A stretch of 63,440 bases of DNA, counting the filler, from Klebsormidium nitens (lineage: Eukaryota; Plantae; Klebsormidiophyceae), in assembly GCA_000708835.1 (NCBI GenBank). It is 6 parts of 6 records of this genome, joined end to end, with 100 filler letters (N's around TTAATTAATTAA, not from the genome) between each part and the next. Parts side by side here need not be neighbours in the genome. Positions count along the whole stretch, not along the records: positions 60,547 to 63,440 come from DF237915.1; 5 more parts are not named here. One strand, 5' to 3'. The position numbers and the translations under genes were made by a program. This document shows, piece by piece, positions 60,447 to 63,440 of the stretch. Under the pieces are notes generated by a model that worked only from the letters and a program-made list of their open reading frames with translations, did not search any database and was not told the DNA's origin. Every line of letters begins with the position of its first letter. The stretch's first letter is position 1.

Positions 60447-60546
60447 NNNNNNNNNNNNNNNNNNNNNNNNNNNNNNNNNNNNNNNNNNNNTTAATTAATT
60501 AANNNNNNNNNNNNNNNNNNNNNNNNNNNNNNNNNNNNNNNNNNNN
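60447..60546. other. Artificial contig linker
   Basis: N44-TTAATTAATTAA-N44, core at 60491-60502. Confidence 0.97.
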
Positions 60547-60852
60547 GCATCACAGATAGACAAGACCAGGTCGAGTCATCTGGATAGAACGCCGTATATC
60601 AACGGTCTCACAGCGCGCCGTTAAGACGTAACCGCTGTCGTTTCGCTAACAAGCAGCTTACGAAATCCTGACGAGAACGAGGTTAGGCTTAACCAGACGT
60701 AATCGTCACACAAGGATTGCAAGTAAGGACATCCTTAGAAAGATGGAAATGTGCAAGTGCTGATGGCAGAGAAGGTCAGGGGTGTCCAACAAAGACTTCG
60801 ATAAGATCTACTTACCAAGAACGATTCCTCATCTTGAAAGAGGAACTAGACG

Positions 60853-62020
60853 CTAGGGGGTCTGTGAAGGCCCGCCGTTCTCCACTGGTGTAACTGCGCG
60901 CGAGCTTGTCGGTTCTACTTTGTCCGGAGACTGACGGTCCTTCTTCATCTCCTACAAGAGGCAAGTTGCTAATGAGTTAGCAGCAGGTCACTTGGATCAA
61001 GATCCGCTAGCTTGCCAGGATCAGCTTTATTCATTCACCTCGGTGAGATGACAATCTGATCAGAGTTGCCGACCAAGCCTGCAATTTGCAGTTGCTACCA
61101 TCCAAACAAAGTGCTACTACAACTTGAAACCTGACTTCAAGGTGCTCAAAATTGCCGCAGGATGCTGTAACAACATCAAGAAAAACTGACATGAGAAAGC
61201 ATGAAGCATGAAACTTCACGGCGTGCACTAGGAGGCAAAATCTGCAAGCAATATCCTTCAGATGACCTGCTCACTCATGATATACCTCCACAGCACGACA
61301 TCCACAAGCCAAGTGGTTGACAAACTTACCTCTGTGAGCAGCTCTTGCATCCGCTCCAGCATTAGCTCCCTTACTAGAGTGTCCACATGCTTCATCATCT
61401 CGGCTGGCAACGGCTTCAGGGGCCTCTGCATGCACAACTTGCTCAGATGAAATTGAACAGCCTCATGCTTCAGCCTCCTCTTCATAGGAGTTTGTGCATC
61501 CGCTGATTGCGCACATGTGCCGGGCTTGTTACTCTGCACGCACAACTTGCTCAAAGCAGACTTGACAGCCTCAAGCTTCTTCTGCAGATAGGGTTTTTTG
61601 TAATCTGCTCGTTGTAAGAGTGTGCCAAGGCTGTGACCAACAAATCCAGAGTTTCAACTATGTGACCATTGTCTGTCACAAGCAGTCCTACTACAGGTGA
61701 AGAGATGCCATGCTGACAGCTTACGTGGATATATGGCTTCTGCGATGAACAGACGAGAGACCGCCTGGCCCGGTCCTGCACAGTCAAGAACTAGGTCAGC
61801 TTCCAATACTGACACTGACAAGCTCAAGAAATCCAACGATGAAGAAGTCCACATGCAAAGTTGTATGCCCTTCGTTACACCATGTCAAACCCTCACTGTG
61901 TCCATAGCCTTCAACAGAGGACAAGCCAGTTCGTTTTGGCCACTAATCTACCTGCTGAGCTGCCTTGGAGGCATCTCAGTTCCTGCTCGGACAGAGACCA
62001 ACTGTCATAGGATCTGAAGG
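60853..62020 (-). CDS. Multi-exon hypothetical gene or pseudogene, helical protein of unknown family
   Basis: Terminal exon 60951-60853 (EMKKDRQSPDKVEP...SQTP*). An exon around 61590-61330 reads KPYLQKKLEAVKSALSKLC...MMKHVDTLVRELMLERMQELLTE|gtaagt, with an apparent frameshift in an A run at ~61595-61600. Confidence 0.35.
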
Positions 62021-62995
62021 TGCTTGAAAGCAGGTAGCTCAATATGCAAGTGATATGCTGTACATATAAGCAAGGCCTATCCAACATTGCCAGAGATATT
62101 TTTGCAAAACTTCAAACATGCAGGAGGAGGCATAGGTAGGAACGTCTTGCCTTGTACACCACCCCCCGGTTGGTGAGACTCAGAGCGCCTCCACTTAAGG
62201 CGCTTCGACTGAAAGACAGAGCCGTTGTTCTCTCCTGCAGAACAAGCACCTTCAGACTTCACAGACTGGGGTCAGAACTGACGTTTTGAACAAGCGGTGC
62301 CAAACCTTCACCAAGCCTGTATCATGTGTAACAGTGTATTACTCAGAGTCAGGGTTGCAAAGAGAATGGCCACCTGAGTGCGTTTGATCGGCGTTCTGTA
62401 GACCGTAGGATGCTTTCGACCAAGGGAACTGTGGAACTGTATTGATTTGACCACGTCGGATGGGCGAGCCATGTACAGTTGCGTGGGACGTGGGACGGCG
62501 GTGGGACGGCGCAATTCGGAGCGTCGGGAGCTCCGGACGGCCACGATCAAAAGTTAGAACGTTAGAACGCGTTCTTTCTGATCATCGCAACGGTTTGTAC
62601 AGGACTGTGCTTTTCTCAGAATGTTCTACGGATCAACCAGATTGCTGCGATGATCGTTCTAACAAGGGCCCTGAAACCGTTAATTTAAAGTTTCATCTGA
62701 CGGCAGAGTTCAAACAGGCCGTACCCGTTTGCCCTCAGCAAGGCGCTCCAGCCTTGGAAGTCGGGGCAACCTCAGGCCTACAGGCTGGAGCAAGGGAGCA
62801 AGCCGGCGCTAGCCTTAGGGATACCAGTGGTGGCTCCTGTTACAATGGTGCACTACTGTGGCAGCAGCAGAGGAGGCAGCAGCATTCATGTCTTGCCCTC
62901 TTGCCGTCAGGCAACCGGATTGAGGGTGGTCATATGAAAGCTTCTATCTGCATCAGCGTTTGTGCATCTCGTCAATTCGGTGTTGATAGAAGACT

Positions 62996-63140
62996 AAATC
63001 AACAGAAAATAATTCAACAATGGGATTAATTGCTGATCAATGTTGATTTCAAATCAACAGAAAATAATAAGGATAAATCAACACGGAGTATCATAGCTTG
63101 TTGATTCGACTCAAAATCAGAAAGCATAATCAACATAAAA
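62996..63140. repeat. Cluster of AATCAACA / TGTTGATT motifs including a 19-bp palindrome
   Basis: TGTTGATTT-C-AAATCAACA at 63041-63059; aaatcaacagaaaataat twice (62996, 63051); further copies at about 63076, 63100 and 63128. Confidence 0.7.
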
Positions 63141-63440
63141 AGCTGGCATATCATCATGCAATCAAGCTAGATTCGACATGCAATATCTGCTTTCTGCTCA
63201 CTGAATCTGGCTCGAAAGAACGTATTGATATAATCCCATAATCAATTGGTGCTTAGAAGCACCGTGTTCAGGGAGCCTACATGATGAACCTACTCCATTC
63301 GCACGCATTCGATCCGTCAGAACTTGAATGGAATTTGCTTGAAGACTTCAGAACCTCAATAAAAAATGGTTGAAGACGTGAACGAAGGTCAACGAAAACT
63401 CAGCGGTATTGATCAATCTGATGAGCAGGAACGTACCTTG

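Noticed and set aside
9243-60546. Five identical TTAATTAATTAA motifs, and ORFs ending in LIN or running through X stretches
   Set aside because: These are assembly linkers with stops in all six frames, flanked by exactly 44 N. ORFs crossing N gaps are artefacts, and gene neighbourhoods across linkers are not real.

Overview
Eukaryotic genomic DNA with GT-AG introns, most likely from a green alga or early streptophyte. This is inferred from the plant-type UNC-50 and eL20 sequences and a MOK/LF4-type kinase. The window is not continuous: six contigs are joined by artificial 100-bp N44-TTAATTAATTAA-N44 linkers (1-9242, 9343-34462, 34563-45946, 46047-56799, 56900-60446, 60547-63440), and adjacency across linkers means nothing. 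Contig 2 carries four ordinary host genes (LSM4, UNC-50, RPL18a/eL20, MOK kinase). Most of the rest looks like intron-containing mobile-element DNA. (i) Contig 1 encodes a multi-exon ParB-like protein (DGxHR motif) fused to a degenerate beta-class DNA-methyltransferase-like domain. Its introns and upstream region hold about 25 copies of a 19-bp palindrome, GCTACCGAG(N)CTCGGTAGC. (ii) Contig 2 starts with a SWIM-like/CxC4-like KDZ-type transposase gene whose 968-bp intron holds an antisense XPA-like ORF, preceded by a ~140-bp inverted-repeat tandem array. (iii) Contig 3 holds an apparently intact 11-exon, 977-aa Plavaka-type transposase, divergent from an acidic accessory gene. (iv) Contig 4 holds a decayed multi-exon gene with a splice-assembled 2A/StopGo-like motif (LLIMGGIESNPGP) and arrays of ~60-bp hairpins. 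All domain calls are by-eye motif recognition, not database searches.
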